Notes: generated by a model from the letters alone, not told the origin. A stretch of 64,000 bases of DNA from Abditibacterium sp. (GCA_965199495.1 CBDASK010000003.1:192001-256000); one strand, 5' to 3'. Counted from the first letter of the stretch, positions 29,527 to 40,966 are shown. Numbers and translations are program-made.

Positions 29527-30179
29527 GCTGCCACCTCATTTTCTTTACCCTTGCCGACGATGCGTTCGCTCAAATCGCCCCAAGCTCCGGTCGTGCAAAG
29601 CACGATTTCGCTGCCCAGAACGTCGGACAAACTCGTCATGTTCACGCTCTGCGCCTTGACTTTAGGCAAGTTGCGCGCGCTAAGTCCCACGTTTTCTTCG
29701 CCCGCGCCCACCAGAACCAGCACTTTTTTACCGGTGAATTCCAGCGCGGCCAAAAGTGCGACGAAGGCTTTGGTCGAAGGCTTGTCCATCGTGACGCCGT
29801 CGAGAACGACGAGCGCATCGTTTTGCAAGCGCGAGTTGAGCGCCGTGCGAAACGCCGCCTGACGCATTTTGCGCGGCGTGTTCTGCGAGTAATCGCGCGG
29901 ACTTGGGCCATGAACGACGCCGCCGCCACGCATATGCGGGACGCGCTTGTCGCCCTGACGCGAACGTCCGGTGCCTTTCTGGCGGCGAATTTTGACGCCA
30001 GAACCGGACACTTCATCGCGCCGTTTGGTCTTGGAGGTGCCCTGACGCTTGCCCGCCAACTCCGCCACAAGAACTTGGTGAACCAGAGAAACTTTGGAGT
30101 CCGCGTTGGCGAGCTTATCGGGGGCGGGGAGCGTGCCGGTGGCTGCTCCTTCGCCGTTGTAGATTTTAATATCTGCCAT
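29523..30179 (-). CDS. rplD: 50S ribosomal protein L4
   Basis: RQGT, QKGTGRSRQG, GGGVVHGP. Confidence 0.98.
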   Translation of the reverse strand: MADIKIYNGEGAATGTLPAPDKLANADSKVSLVHQVLVAELAGKRQGTSKTKRRDEVSGSGVKIRRQKGTGRSRQGDKRVPHMRGGGVVHGPSPRDYSQNTPRKMRQAAFRTALNSRLQNDALVVLDGVTMDKPSTKAFVALLAALEFTGKKVLVLVGAGEENVGLSARNLPKVKAQSVNMTSLSDVLGSEIVLCTTGAWGDLSERIVGKGKENEVAA

Positions 30180-30305
30180 TGTGTGTGTTTCGCGTCTCAA
30201 TGCCGACGGACGCGGTTTAGGGTTTTGTAGGCTCGTCGTCAGCCGGGGATTGTTCTTCGCGGTTTAAATTGCCGCACAACGCGCCGTTCGTCGCGTTGAT
30301 ATTTA

Positions 30306-30433
30306 CCCGTGCCCCGTAGGGGCGGGGTTCCCCCGCCCAAAATGTATCGCCCGCCGAAACGTTAATGATTAATTTCGACGTTCTGCGTGCATTGACATTT
30401 GGGCGGGGGAACCCCGCCCCTACGGGGCACGGG
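30306..30433. repeat. GTAG-REP doublet, family 1
   Basis: REP pair, outer arms CCCGTGCCCC/GGGGCACGGG. Confidence 0.95.
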
Positions 30434-30471
30434 CGAATTATTATCAATTAGCGTGTGCAGCCACGTCGCCT

Positions 30472-31131
30472 TTAATAAGTCCGAAACTCTTCGGGAATCT
30501 TTTCCCAATCGGTATCAAACAATTTCAAACCAATATCGGTCAACGGATTGTTGATCAACATCTTGAACAGCTTCATCGGCATAGTAGCCACGTCGGAACC
30601 GGCCAACGCCGCATCGCGAATGTGGAGCGTCGAGCGCGTCGAGGCGGTCAGGATTTGCGTAGAGAAATCGTAGTTGTCGTAGATTTTGCGAATCTGACGG
30701 ACGACTTCCATGCCTTCCAAACCGATGTCGTCTTCGCGTCCGATGAACGGCGAAATGTAGGTCGCGCCGACTTTGGCCGCCAACAACGCCTGCACGCTCG
30801 AAAAGCACAACGTCACGTTGGTTTTGATGCCTTCGTCGGTGAAGACTTTGACCGCTTTGATGCCTTCGGCGGTGAGCGGCACTTTGACCACGACGTTGGG
30901 CGCGATGTCGGCCAGAAAGCGGCCCTGTCGCAGCATTTCGTCTTTGCCGGGCGCGGTCACTTCGGCGGAGACGGGGCCGGGCACCATTTCGCAAATCTGT
31001 TTGACCAGAGCGGTGAAGTTGGTGTTGGCCTTGGCAACGTGCGAAGGATTGGTGGTGATGCCATCCAAAAGCCCGGTTTCCTGGGCCTCCTGGATTTCTT
31101 TGATGTCTGCCGTATCGAGAAAGAATTTCAT
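30472..31131 (-). CDS. tal: transaldolase (short type) inside the S10 operon
   Basis: FFLDTA, GITTNPS, PVSAEV (Glu), VVKVP (Schiff-base Lys), YISPFIGR (Phe); Glu/Phe pair indicates transaldolase rather than FSA. Confidence 0.92.
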   Translation of the reverse strand: MKFFLDTADIKEIQEAQETGLLDGITTNPSHVAKANTNFTALVKQICEMVPGPVSAEVTAPGKDEMLRQGRFLADIAPNVVVKVPLTAEGIKAVKVFTDEGIKTNVTLCFSSVQALLAAKVGATYISPFIGREDDIGLEGMEVVRQIRKIYDNYDFSTQILTASTRSTLHIRDAALAGSDVATMPMKLFKMLINNPLTDIGLKLFDTDWEKIPEEFRTY

Positions 31132-31206
31132 GATGATTTTCCGTTGGGGGCTTCTCGTTCTGTCGCTTTCCTGCTTTCCTACATTCGCTGAGTGGGTCGC
31201 AACTTC

Positions 31207-31386
31207 AACGTTTAACCCGCTCTGGGCTTCGCCCATCTCCCCCTTCGTAAAGGGGAGAAGCGGCCTTACCGTCCGACGTGGCTGCTACTTTCGACCGCCC
31301 TCAAACTTTTGGCGATGTCGATTGTTATGCCGCCTCTCCCCTTTACGAAGGGGGAGATGGGCGAAGCCCAGAGGGGTTAAAACGTT
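31207..31386. repeat. palindromic element, CCCCT..AGGGG family
   Basis: CTCTGGGCTTCGCCCATCTCCCCCTTCGTAAAGGGGAGA arms in inverted orientation. Confidence 0.92.
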
Positions 31387-31397
31387 ATGCTCGCTTC

Positions 31398-31622
31398 CTA
31401 ATTTCGCTTTCCCATTTCCGCTAATTCTCCGGCTTTGTAACATATTACAGAAGCACAAAAGCAAATAAATGATGCTACTGCATTTGTAGCCACGGCATAG
31501 AAGATTCTTTCTTCAGCAGGAGGAACGAATGTCATAAAAGCAGGCTGGATTGCGAGTAGTGCACAATACCCCGCGAACAAAACTCCAATCAAGCCGAAGA
31601 GGAAAGTGAGAAAGCGCAGCAT
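31398..31622 (-). CDS. small two-TM hypothetical protein abutting rplC
   Basis: ATG 1 nt after the rplC stop; two hydrophobic helices; lower GC. Confidence 0.65.
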   Translation of the reverse strand: MLRFLTFLFGLIGVLFAGYCALLAIQPAFMTFVPPAEERIFYAVATNAVASFICFCASVICYKAGELAEMGKRN

Positions 31623-31623
31623 T

Positions 31624-32307
31624 TTACTTCGTAATTTTCAACAAGCCGCCGTTGGCGCCTGGGACGGCGCCTTTGACGATGAGCAAATTGCGTTCGGTGT
31701 CGATTTCGACGACGCTCAAGCCCAATTGGGTGATGGTGTCGTTGCCGTAGCGACCGGGCCTTTTGACGCCGGGGAAGGTGCGGGCCGGATCGGTCGCGCC
31801 GTTGCTGGCGGGTTTGCGGTGAATGCCTTGACCGTGCGAAGCCTTCTGCCCTTTAAAGCCCCAACGCTTGATGACGCCCGAAAAGCCGCGCCCTTTGCTG
31901 GTGCCCTGCACGCGAATCGCATCGCCCACGCTAAACACATCAGCCACGGCGACCGTGCCGCCAGCCTGGGGTTCGTCGCCCTGGGCGATCAAACGAAACT
32001 CGCTCAGGTGACGGGTCGGGTTGGCGCCGCCATTTTTCTCGAAGTGCCCGGCTTTTGGCCCATTGGCCTCGCCGCGCCCGCGCCGCCCGCTCTCGCCGCG
32101 CGAAACTTTGGTGTCTTTGCGCGGCGTCTTCAGTTCGACGTAACCCAACTGCAAAGCGTCATAACCGTCTTTCGCTTCGGTTTTGCGTTGCACGACCGCG
32201 CACGGCCCACACTCGATGACGGTGACGGGAATCGCTTTACCTTTTTCCGCGTCGAAGATTTGCGTCATGCCGACTTTGCGGCCCAATAATCCATTGACTG
32301 TTGCCAT
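31624..32307 (-). CDS. rplC: 50S ribosomal protein L3
   Basis: [24 protein letters not shown]. Confidence 0.98.
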   Translation of the reverse strand: MATVNGLLGRKVGMTQIFDAEKGKAIPVTVIECGPCAVVQRKTEAKDGYDALQLGYVELKTPRKDTKVSRGESGRRGRGEANGPKAGHFEKNGGANPTRHLSEFRLIAQGDEPQAGGTVAVADVFSVGDAIRVQGTSKGRGFSGVIKRWGFKGQKASHGQGIHRKPASNGATDPARTFPGVKRPGRYGNDTITQLGLSVVEIDTERNLLIVKGAVPGANGGLLKITK

Positions 32308-32356
32308 TTAATTTCGTTCTCCAGAGGTCATCCCGTTCGGGGTAGACGTTCGTTGT

Positions 32357-32479
32357 ATTTCACACAAAGAAACAAAGAACGGCACAAAGAGCACAAAGAG
32401 GATGAAGAAAATAAAAAGGTTTAACCCTCTTCTTACTCTTCGTTTCCTTTGTGCCGATCTTTGTTTCTTTGTGTGAAAT
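32357..32479. repeat. palindromic element, CACAAAG family
   Basis: ATTTCACACAAAGAAACAAAGA arms; matches the 24901 element. Confidence 0.9.
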
Positions 32480-32485
32480 GAGTTT

Positions 32486-32794
32486 TTAGGTGAGTTTAAT
32501 CTCGATGTCCACGCCCGACGGGAGGTTGAGTCCCATCAGTTCGGTGACGGTGCGCGGATCCGGTTCGATGATGTCGATCAAACGCTTGTGCGTTCTCATC
32601 TCGAAGTGTTCCATTGATTCTTTGTCAACGAAGGGCGAACGGATCACGCAGTAGATGTTTTTATCAGTCGGCAACGGCACGGGGCCGCTCAAACGCGAAC
32701 CGGTGCGGCGCGCCGTGGCTACGATCTGCTGGGCCGATTGGTCGAGCAATTTGTGATCGAAGGCGCGCAATTTGATGCGGATTTTTTCGCTCAT
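32486..32794 (-). CDS. rpsJ: 30S ribosomal protein S10
   Basis: [25 protein letters not shown]. Confidence 0.98.
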   Translation of the reverse strand: MSEKIRIKLRAFDHKLLDQSAQQIVATARRTGSRLSGPVPLPTDKNIYCVIRSPFVDKESMEHFEMRTHKRLIDIIEPDPRTVTELMGLNLPSGVDIEIKLT

Positions 32795-32854
32795 AATGTG
32801 TGTTAGTGCCAGCGAAATTTCCTTTTCGCAACCTTCGCTGGCCTCTGAGGTTAT

Positions 32855-32990
32855 GCGCTTTCTTCCAAGTTATACCGATTGGAAGGGGGCGTCAGCCCCG
32901 CTCACGTTGGAATCGCAATACAATATCGCGACCGCTTCGTTCTGCGGGGCTGACGCCTCCTTCCAATCGGTATAACTCGGAAGAAAGCGC
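32855..32990. repeat. palindromic element, TTCCAATCGG family
   Basis: GTTATACCGATTGGAAGG(G/A)GGCGTCAGCCCCGC arms. Confidence 0.92.
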
Positions 32991-33088
32991 GGATTACGAA
33001 GAGAACAAACGTTCCTTTCGCAATTGCAGCTAACAGACGCGACAAAGCCGACAAGTCGAATTAACGGCTCATCGGCTTTATCAGCCAT

Positions 33089-34279
<1,191 letters not shown>

Positions 34280-34383
34280 TGTCTTATATCCTCCGCAAAA
34301 TCTGCGTTTAATGAAGTCGGGCCATCGTGTGGATAAACCCGCTCGAAGCGTTCCATAAGTGAATTAGCCCATATTTCAAACAA

Positions 34384-34429
34384 CAAAAAACCCTCCGCGA
34401 GTGCCGATTACAAGGCGCGTGCGAAGGGC
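34384..34429 (-). terminator. terminator/attenuator-like hairpin in the tuf-S10 leader
   Basis: Minus strand CCCTTCGC..GCC..GGC..GCGGAGGG followed by T6. Confidence 0.55.
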
Positions 34430-34528
34430 AATAATTTCGATAAAGAAAGTTGCTGCTCTGAAAGGCACGCCGACAGTATCCGCGAAGGACTTAACGACGA
34501 AATAGGGCTGGGGAGACGCCAACAGAAA

Positions 34529-34557
34529 AATATAACACGAACTCGAAAAGCCCGCAA
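34529..34557 (-). promoter_or_regulatory. putative promoter of the tuf-S10-spc operon
   Basis: TTGCGG-17nt-TATATT with extended -10 TG. Confidence 0.55.
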
Positions 34558-34566
34558 GGGCGAAGG

Positions 34567-35556
34567 TCAAAGTTTTTCGTGATCCGCCTTCCATTCGCGC
34601 CAACGCAAAGCGGCTTCGAGTTGTTCGTGTGCAGTTGGGCGAGATACAGACACGTCAAAAGAAGGATAATCGAACTCAACCCAATCGCGAATAGTGAATT
34701 GGTTGAGTATTTCTGCCCTCAACGGCTGGAACCAATTCCAGAATATCTCTAAATCTGCTTGTAACGCTGTAGGAATTTCAATGCGTTTAGTGTTGCCTCT
34801 TCCTCTATCGCCAGAATAAAGTGAGTTTTGTAAATCAGTCGTCTGAAGCGTCACTTTAACATCGTCCGGCAGATCAATCCATATCTCTTGCGCCTTCACC
34901 AATTGGCTCAGTATCCTTTTGGCATCTTCCTTATTAACTTTTGCTTCCTCGAAAGCGAACTTTTGACGTTCTTGAGAATCCATTGAAGCGAAGCGGCGCG
35001 CAGTAATTGCCTGACTATCCACTTTTTTAACCGTGGACTGGAGACCTAACCAAAATTCAGTAAAAGGCAAACGCATAAAGTCGAAACAGCTCATCGGCTC
35101 ATTCCACTTAAATGTCAGAGCGTGACAATTACCGCCGTCTATTATTTCTGAATCCCACGAAGCCAAACCATTTGAAGCGACAAGTAATCCTTGATGAGCG
35201 GTTTCATCCTCGCACCGTAAATTGCCATTTTCATTCAAAACAATATACCGAGCGAAATGGCGGCATAACGTGTTCTCAAAAATGTGGCGCAACACAAAAT
35301 CATTCAATTTAACGGGATGACGTTCTACGTGATGAGAAGACGATTTGAGCGGCACAAAGCCCGCGTCAAATCGGTTATTGAGAGGACGCGTCCACATATA
35401 ACCGCCTGGATCGTCGGAAGTTTGCACCAACGCCACCAGCCAATCCAATTTCTCGCCATCGAACTCGCGCGTGACGACGCTCGCGCTCTCTTCCAAAACG
35501 CGAAAGCCGGGCGGCACTTCCCACGATTTGGGCGCGAATGCGGTGGGGATTTTCAT
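34567..35556 (-). CDS. hypothetical protein with AT-rich interior
   Basis: 329-aa ORF, no recognised motif. Confidence 0.7.
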   Translation of the reverse strand: MKIPTAFAPKSWEVPPGFRVLEESASVVTREFDGEKLDWLVALVQTSDDPGGYMWTRPLNNRFDAGFVPLKSSSHHVERHPVKLNDFVLRHIFENTLCRHFARYIVLNENGNLRCEDETAHQGLLVASNGLASWDSEIIDGGNCHALTFKWNEPMSCFDFMRLPFTEFWLGLQSTVKKVDSQAITARRFASMDSQERQKFAFEEAKVNKEDAKRILSQLVKAQEIWIDLPDDVKVTLQTTDLQNSLYSGDRGRGNTKRIEIPTALQADLEIFWNWFQPLRAEILNQFTIRDWVEFDYPSFDVSVSRPTAHEQLEAALRWREWKADHEKL

Positions 35557-35580
35557 CGGGCGCAGTTTAACGAGGGGGTC

Positions 35581-35843
35581 GAGGAAATTTCAAACGATTG
35601 CGGCACTGGCGGAGGTTTGGCCCCCTCCCCAGCCCTCCCCCGTGCCGGGAGAGGGAGCTACTTTTCGGTCGCCGATAAAATGTCGAGATTTCTTTATAGT
35701 TACGGGACGGCGCCGTCTTTTCACTTTGAAGAAAGTTTCGTTACCTATCGGCGGCTTCGACGTGGCTCCCTCTCCCGGCACGGGGGAGGGCCGGGGAGGG
35801 GGCCAAACCTTCGCCAATGACGCAACCGTTTGAAACCTCCTCG
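35581..35843. repeat. palindromic element, CCCCTCCCC..GGGAGAGGG family, directly upstream of the DUF559 gene
   Basis: GGTTTGGCCCCCTCCCC(A/G)GCCCTCCCCCGTGCCGGGAGAGGGAGC arms plus outer TTTCAAACG/CGTTTGAAA. Confidence 0.92.
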
Positions 35844-35871
35844 TCAAACCAAAACCAACTAAACTGCCGCC

Positions 35872-36234
35872 ATGACGCCCAAAGCCAACATCGCTCGCGC
35901 CCGCGAACTGCGGCGCGCCACAACCCTGCCCGAACGCACCTTGTGGAAACTGCTACGCGCTCACCAAATGGAAGGCTTGCACTGGCGCCGTCAACATCCC
36001 ATCGGAAATTATTACGCTGACTTCGCCTGTAAAGCCGCGATGCTCGTCGTCGAACTCGACGGACGCAGCCACGACGACAGGCAAGACGCTGACGCGAACC
36101 GCGACGCGGCGCTAAATGAGTTGGGTTGGACGACGCTTCGCATTCCAAATCGCGATTTGTTGCGCGATACCGAAAGCGTCTGGCAAACGATCCTCGTTTA
36201 TCTGGAGCCATTCGCGGAAAAATCGAACGAATAA
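35872..36234 (+). CDS. DUF559 / Vsr-like endonuclease domain protein
   Basis: ARELRR.T.PE..LW, RRQHPIGNYYADF, VVELDGRSH, D..RD..L...GW..LR. Confidence 0.9.
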   Translation: MTPKANIARARELRRATTLPERTLWKLLRAHQMEGLHWRRQHPIGNYYADFACKAAMLVVELDGRSHDDRQDADANRDAALNELGWTTLRIPNRDLLRDTESVWQTILVYLEPFAEKSNE

Positions 36235-36235
36235 A

Positions 36236-39200
36236 TTACCAACGCAAATCGCGTCGCAACAATGCTTCGACGCCCGCGCTTTCCTGCGGCTTCGACATCC
36301 AGAAACCCTGGGCGTAGCCGCAGCCCATCTCGCGCAAATAGACGAGTTGATCGGGCGATTCGACGCCCTCGGCGACGACGCGCATCTTCAGGCCGCGCGC
36401 CATCGAGATAATCGTGTTCACGATTTCGTGATCGCGTCCGCCCGGCTTCATGTGCGAAATGAACGAACGATCAATTTTCAGAACATCGAGCGGAAAACGA
36501 TGCAGGTAACTCAAACTCGAATAACCCGTGCCGAAGTCGTCCAAAGCGAATTTAATCCCCAATTGTTTCAACGATAAAAACATCTCAACCGAAGTGTGGG
36601 CGCTCTCCATAATCACCGTTTCGGTCACCTCTAACTTCAACATTTCCGGATTAAATCCAGTGAGTTTCAAAGCGTCCTGCACGCGCTCGAACATATCGGG
36701 TTGCGACAGTTGTTTGGGCGACAAATTCACCGACATCCGCAAATCCCCGAACTCAGCTTGCCACGCCGAGCCTTGTCGGCACGCCTCTTCTATAACCCAC
36801 CAGCCAATCGGCACAATGAGGCCCGTTTCCTCGGCGAGGGGAATGAAATCGCCCGGCGAAACTAATCCGCGCTGCGGATGCTGCCAACGCACAAGCGCCT
36901 CGAAACCGTTGATTTTACCGCTTGATAAATCAATTATCGGCTGATAGTGCAAGCGCAGTTCGTTGCGTTCCAAAGCGCGCCACAAATCGGTTTCCATTTC
37001 GAGCAATTTCACGGCACGCGCGTGCATCGTCGCCTCGAAGATTTCGTGGCGGCCACGTCCGGCGCCTTTGGCGCGATACATCGCGGTATCGGCGCTGCGC
37101 AACAGTTCTTCGGCGCTCGATTCGCTGCCCTGCCCCAACGCGATGCCCATCGAAACCGTGACGAACGCCTCGTGACCATCGAGCGCAAACGGCGCGGCCA
37201 ATTCGGCGTGAATGCGGTCGGCGATTTGATGCACATCTTCGATGCCACTCAAATCGTCCAGCAGAATCGCGAACTCGTCGCCGCCCAGACGCGCGACGGT
37301 ATCGCCGGGCCGCAAACAACGCTCGAAACGCTTGGAGGCTTCGACGAGCAGACGGTCGCCGCTCAAATGGCCCAAGGAATCGTTGACCTTTTTGAAATGA
37401 TCGATATCCAAAAACAAAACGGCAAAATTTTCTTTGGGATGCCGGTTGTTGCGCGCAATGGTGCGGTCAAGCCGCTCAGAGAAGAGCGCGCGATTGGGCA
37501 GATTGGTCAACGCATCGTAAAACGCGTTATGTTCGAGTTGATTTTCGGCGATTTTGCGTTCGTTGATGTCGGTCTGCGAACCGGACAGACGAGTAGCCAC
37601 GCCGTCCGCGTCGAACAAAGCCAAGCCGCGTCCCAGCATCCAGCGATATTCGCCGTCGCAATCGCGCAAACGATACTGGCATTCGCACTGCGCTTTCTCG
37701 CCACTGAGATGCAACGCGATTTGCGATTCGACCTGCGCTTTATCGTCGGGATGGATGCGGCCCAGCCACTCGGCGGGCGAGTTTCCGATTTCGTCCTTGC
37801 CGTGGCCGATCATCGCTTTCCAATGCGGCGAATAATAAATTTCGTCGGTGATTAAATTCCAATCCCACAAACCGTCGTTGGTGCCGCGCGCCGCGAGGGC
37901 ATAGCGCTCCTCGCTTTCGCGCAGCGCCCGCTCGGCTTCGACGCGCTCAGTCACGTCTTGCAGCGAACCGGTCATCAAGATAGGTTGCCCGACAGCATCG
38001 TATTGAACGCTGGAGCGCGTCTCGATGTGACGAATGGAACCATCGCGGCGCACCAGTCGCACCAGCCGCCGATTGTCTTGGTTGCGCGACGCGAGCGTCT
38101 TCATGGCCTGCATCAATTCGGCGCGATCTTCGGGATGATAGCGCAGCAACACCTCTTCGGGCGGCGGAATCGGCGCGCCAACTTCCACTTCCAACATCCG
38201 ATACATCTCGTCCGACCACAACGACTCGCCCGACCGCAAATCCCAGGTGAACGAACCGATGTGCGCCAACTTCTGCGCTTCATCGAGCGCGCGTTGGCTC
38301 TGACTCAGCGCCTGCTGGGCGCGCTGGCTTTCGGTCAAATCTATCATCACGCCGTCCCAAATGACGCTTCCACTCGCCGTGCGCACGGGACGCGACTGGG
38401 CGCGCACCCGCCGCCTTTGGCCGTCGGGCCGCGTCACGCCAAATTCCAGCAGCCACGGCGTTAGGTCGCGCGCGGATTCGATTAACGTTTCCCCCAATCG
38501 TTCGAGGTCTTTGGCATCGAGCAACGCGACCAAATTGTGGGCATTCTCCAAAAGCGCGGCGGGCGTCAAACCAAAAATTTCTTCGCAGCCTTCCGAGACA
38601 TAAATGAAACGATCATCTAAGCCGAAGTTGCCCACTGGGCGTTCGACGCTGTAAACCACGCCCGGCACGCCCGGCATGATGCGCTCGAAACGCGCCTCGC
38701 TTTCGACGAGCGCCTGTTGCGCGCGAAACTGCTCGGTCACGTCATAAGAAAGTCCAACGACGCCGACTTGCTGGTGGCTCTCGTTCCATTTGGGCGCGGC
38801 ATAAACCGCGAAGTTGCGCCCGCCTGAAGTGGTGATTTCCTCGCAGACTTCGCCGCGCAAAGCGCGCTTAAATATATTTATGACCTGCGCATTGTCCTCA
38901 TACATCTCGAAGGCGGATTGGCCGACGACCTCTCCCGGCTCCAGCCCGATGCGACGCAAAAAGGAACCTTCAGATAAGGTAAAAACGCCCTGCATATCGA
39001 GCGCCCACAAAATGACCGGAGCGGTTTGGGTGATGACGCGCAGTTGCGTTTCCAATTCGCGTTCGGCTCGCTGTGCCCGCTCGCGCTCGGTCACGTCGAG
39101 GAAAGTGCCGTTCATGCGCATGGCCTGTCCCTGCGCGTTGCGTTCAATTTGCCCGCGTGCCTGAACGAAACGCTCTTCACCGATGGGACGCACGATGCGA

Positions 39201-40339
39201 CAATCGAGCGCGTAGTCGCGCGCGTTTTCCATCGCCTCGCCCAAAATTCGCTGGGCCGGTTCCAAATCTTCGGGATGGACGCGCGCAAACCACGCATCGC
39301 GCGACGGCACGACCGAATTCGGCTCCAATCCTAAAATACGGAAAGTTTCGTCCGACCAAAATCCCACGGCATCAAACCACTGGCCGGGCGTGGGAAACTC
39401 GTAATTCCACGAACCCAGATGCGCGATCTGCTGGGCGATTTCCAGATTGCGCCGCGCTTCGGACGCCGCGTTTTCGGCTTCGACGCGCGCGCTCACGTCC
39501 TGAAAAAAGCCGACGTTTCCGATGTGGTATTCTTCGTCCTGATAAATGGGCGCGAAGTGCGCCTGATTCCAAAATGCCGTACCGTCAGGCCGAAAATTGA
39601 TAGCTGTGCCTTCGGTTGGTTTGCCCTCGTTCAACGACTGGACAACGGCACGCGCCAGTTCGGGCGCGGTTTGCCGCCCGCCCAAAACGGCCAATGTTTT
39701 CCCCAAAATACTATCGGCTGGATATCCCGTGATGCGCGTGAACGCCGGATTAACATAGGTAATGAAATTGTCTTCGTCACGCGATTCTGTCAAAACCACG
39801 CCCACATTCGCCGCTTCGATGGCGGCCTGCAAGCGCGCATTTTGCGCGGCAACGGCGCGCAGTTGTCGCTCGTTCTTTTTGCCAGCAATCGCATAACGCA
39901 ACGTCCGTTCGAGCAACGCCGCGCTCAAACCGTCTTTGACCAGATAATCGGTCGCGCCCACGCGCATCGCATCGGTATCCACGCGCGGGTCGTCCTGTCC
40001 AGTCAGCAAAATGAGCGGCGCTTCGCAACCCGCAGCCACGGCGCGCTCGATGAGTTCCAAACCGGTGTGGGCGCCCAGACGATAATCAATCAGATAAACA
40101 TCGTGATCCGCGCGCGCGATGTGCGACAATGCCGTTTCGACATCGCTGGCCCATTCGACCGAAAATTGCAGCGCACCCGGCGTCTGGCGGCTCTGGCGCA
40201 ACAGAGAACGCAAAATCAACAACTCGTCTTCGTCATCGTCCACTAATAAAAGGCGAACCAGAGCGCTGGGATTGTCTAAATCAGCAGTCGCCCTATTTTC
40301 CGGGTTGGCTGTTTCTGAACTTAAAAATTCGTCAATCAT
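36236..40339 (-). CDS. REC-multiPAS-GGDEF-EAL c-di-GMP enzyme
   Basis: LLVDDD receiver, about 6 PAS/PAC repeats, RLGGDEF, FEALVRW, DDFGTGYSS. Confidence 0.92.
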   Translation of the reverse strand: MIDEFLSSETANPENRATADLDNPSALVRLLLVDDDEDELLILRSLLRQSRQTPGALQFSVEWASDVETALSHIARADHDVYLIDYRLGAHTGLELIERAVAAGCEAPLILLTGQDDPRVDTDAMRVGATDYLVKDGLSAALLERTLRYAIAGKKNERQLRAVAAQNARLQAAIEAANVGVVLTESRDEDNFITYVNPAFTRITGYPADSILGKTLAVLGGRQTAPELARAVVQSLNEGKPTEGTAINFRPDGTAFWNQAHFAPIYQDEEYHIGNVGFFQDVSARVEAENAASEARRNLEIAQQIAHLGSWNYEFPTPGQWFDAVGFWSDETFRILGLEPNSVVPSRDAWFARVHPEDLEPAQRILGEAMENARDYALDCRIVRPIGEERFVQARGQIERNAQGQAMRMNGTFLDVTERERAQRAERELETQLRVITQTAPVILWALDMQGVFTLSEGSFLRRIGLEPGEVVGQSAFEMYEDNAQVINIFKRALRGEVCEEITTSGGRNFAVYAAPKWNESHQQVGVVGLSYDVTEQFRAQQALVESEARFERIMPGVPGVVYSVERPVGNFGLDDRFIYVSEGCEEIFGLTPAALLENAHNLVALLDAKDLERLGETLIESARDLTPWLLEFGVTRPDGQRRRVRAQSRPVRTASGSVIWDGVMIDLTESQRAQQALSQSQRALDEAQKLAHIGSFTWDLRSGESLWSDEMYRMLEVEVGAPIPPPEEVLLRYHPEDRAELMQAMKTLASRNQDNRRLVRLVRRDGSIRHIETRSSVQYDAVGQPILMTGSLQDVTERVEAERALRESEERYALAARGTNDGLWDWNLITDEIYYSPHWKAMIGHGKDEIGNSPAEWLGRIHPDDKAQVESQIALHLSGEKAQCECQYRLRDCDGEYRWMLGRGLALFDADGVATRLSGSQTDINERKIAENQLEHNAFYDALTNLPNRALFSERLDRTIARNNRHPKENFAVLFLDIDHFKKVNDSLGHLSGDRLLVEASKRFERCLRPGDTVARLGGDEFAILLDDLSGIEDVHQIADRIHAELAAPFALDGHEAFVTVSMGIALGQGSESSAEELLRSADTAMYRAKGAGRGRHEIFEATMHARAVKLLEMETDLWRALERNELRLHYQPIIDLSSGKINGFEALVRWQHPQRGLVSPGDFIPLAEETGLIVPIGWWVIEEACRQGSAWQAEFGDLRMSVNLSPKQLSQPDMFERVQDALKLTGFNPEMLKLEVTETVIMESAHTSVEMFLSLKQLGIKFALDDFGTGYSSLSYLHRFPLDVLKIDRSFISHMKPGGRDHEIVNTIISMARGLKMRVVAEGVESPDQLVYLREMGCGYAQGFWMSKPQESAGVEALLRRDLRW

Positions 40340-40427
40340 CACCGATAGAGCAAAGCCTCCAATTAGAACGCTACCAAACAAAAAACCCGATCAACAGCGG
40401 GCACCGAAAAACGCAACTCTAATAATT

Positions 40428-40874
40428 TTACTTGGATGGGAGTTGCACTGTTTCGGCCCAGTAACTTCCGATATTGCGCATAGTTTCCACCAAACCCTGA
40501 AAAGTGACGGCTTTAGTGATATAAGAGTTGGCGCCGCGCGCATAGCAAGCGTCAATATCCGAAGCGGCAGCGGAGGTGGAAAGCACAACGACCGGCATCC
40601 GGCACAGAGACGGATCGCGTTTAATTTCCAGCAGAGCCGCGCGTCCATCCAATCGCGGCATGTTCAAATCGAGCAACAACAAATCGGGGATGTTCTTTTG
40701 AACTTCTCTGCGAGCGGCCCCTTGAAGATAAGCGAGCAGTTCCACTCCATCGCCCACAAATTCCAACGTCGCTCGCGTGCCGCTCTCTTTGAGCGCATCC
40801 TGAGCCAACATTCTGTCATCGTTATCATCGTCGGCCATCAAAATAACGAAAGGGTGAGAAGGAAAATACGGCAT
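40428..40874 (-). CDS. single-domain response regulator (Rcp1-like)
   Basis: ADDDNDD, LLDLNMP, GANSYITK, YW near C-terminus. Confidence 0.9.
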   Translation of the reverse strand: MPYFPSHPFVILMADDDNDDRMLAQDALKESGTRATLEFVGDGVELLAYLQGAARREVQKNIPDLLLLDLNMPRLDGRAALLEIKRDPSLCRMPVVVLSTSAAASDIDACYARGANSYITKAVTFQGLVETMRNIGSYWAETVQLPSK

Positions 40875-40966
40875 GAAATTACGGCACAAAGGAAAAACGA
40901 GTTGGCTGCGAATGGATTTCGCGCCAACTTATTTAGCATTCCTTTATCTATTAGTAAAACATATTT

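Noticed and set aside
30472..31236. N-terminally extended transaldolase, S14 and S19 as given in the ORF track
   Set aside because: The extensions run into repeat elements; the downstream ATGs match the family starts
39540..39790. LOV photoreceptor domain in the GGDEF-EAL protein
   Set aside because: The PAS resembles LOV but has GKTLAVLG in place of GRNCRFLQ; the photoactive Cys is absent
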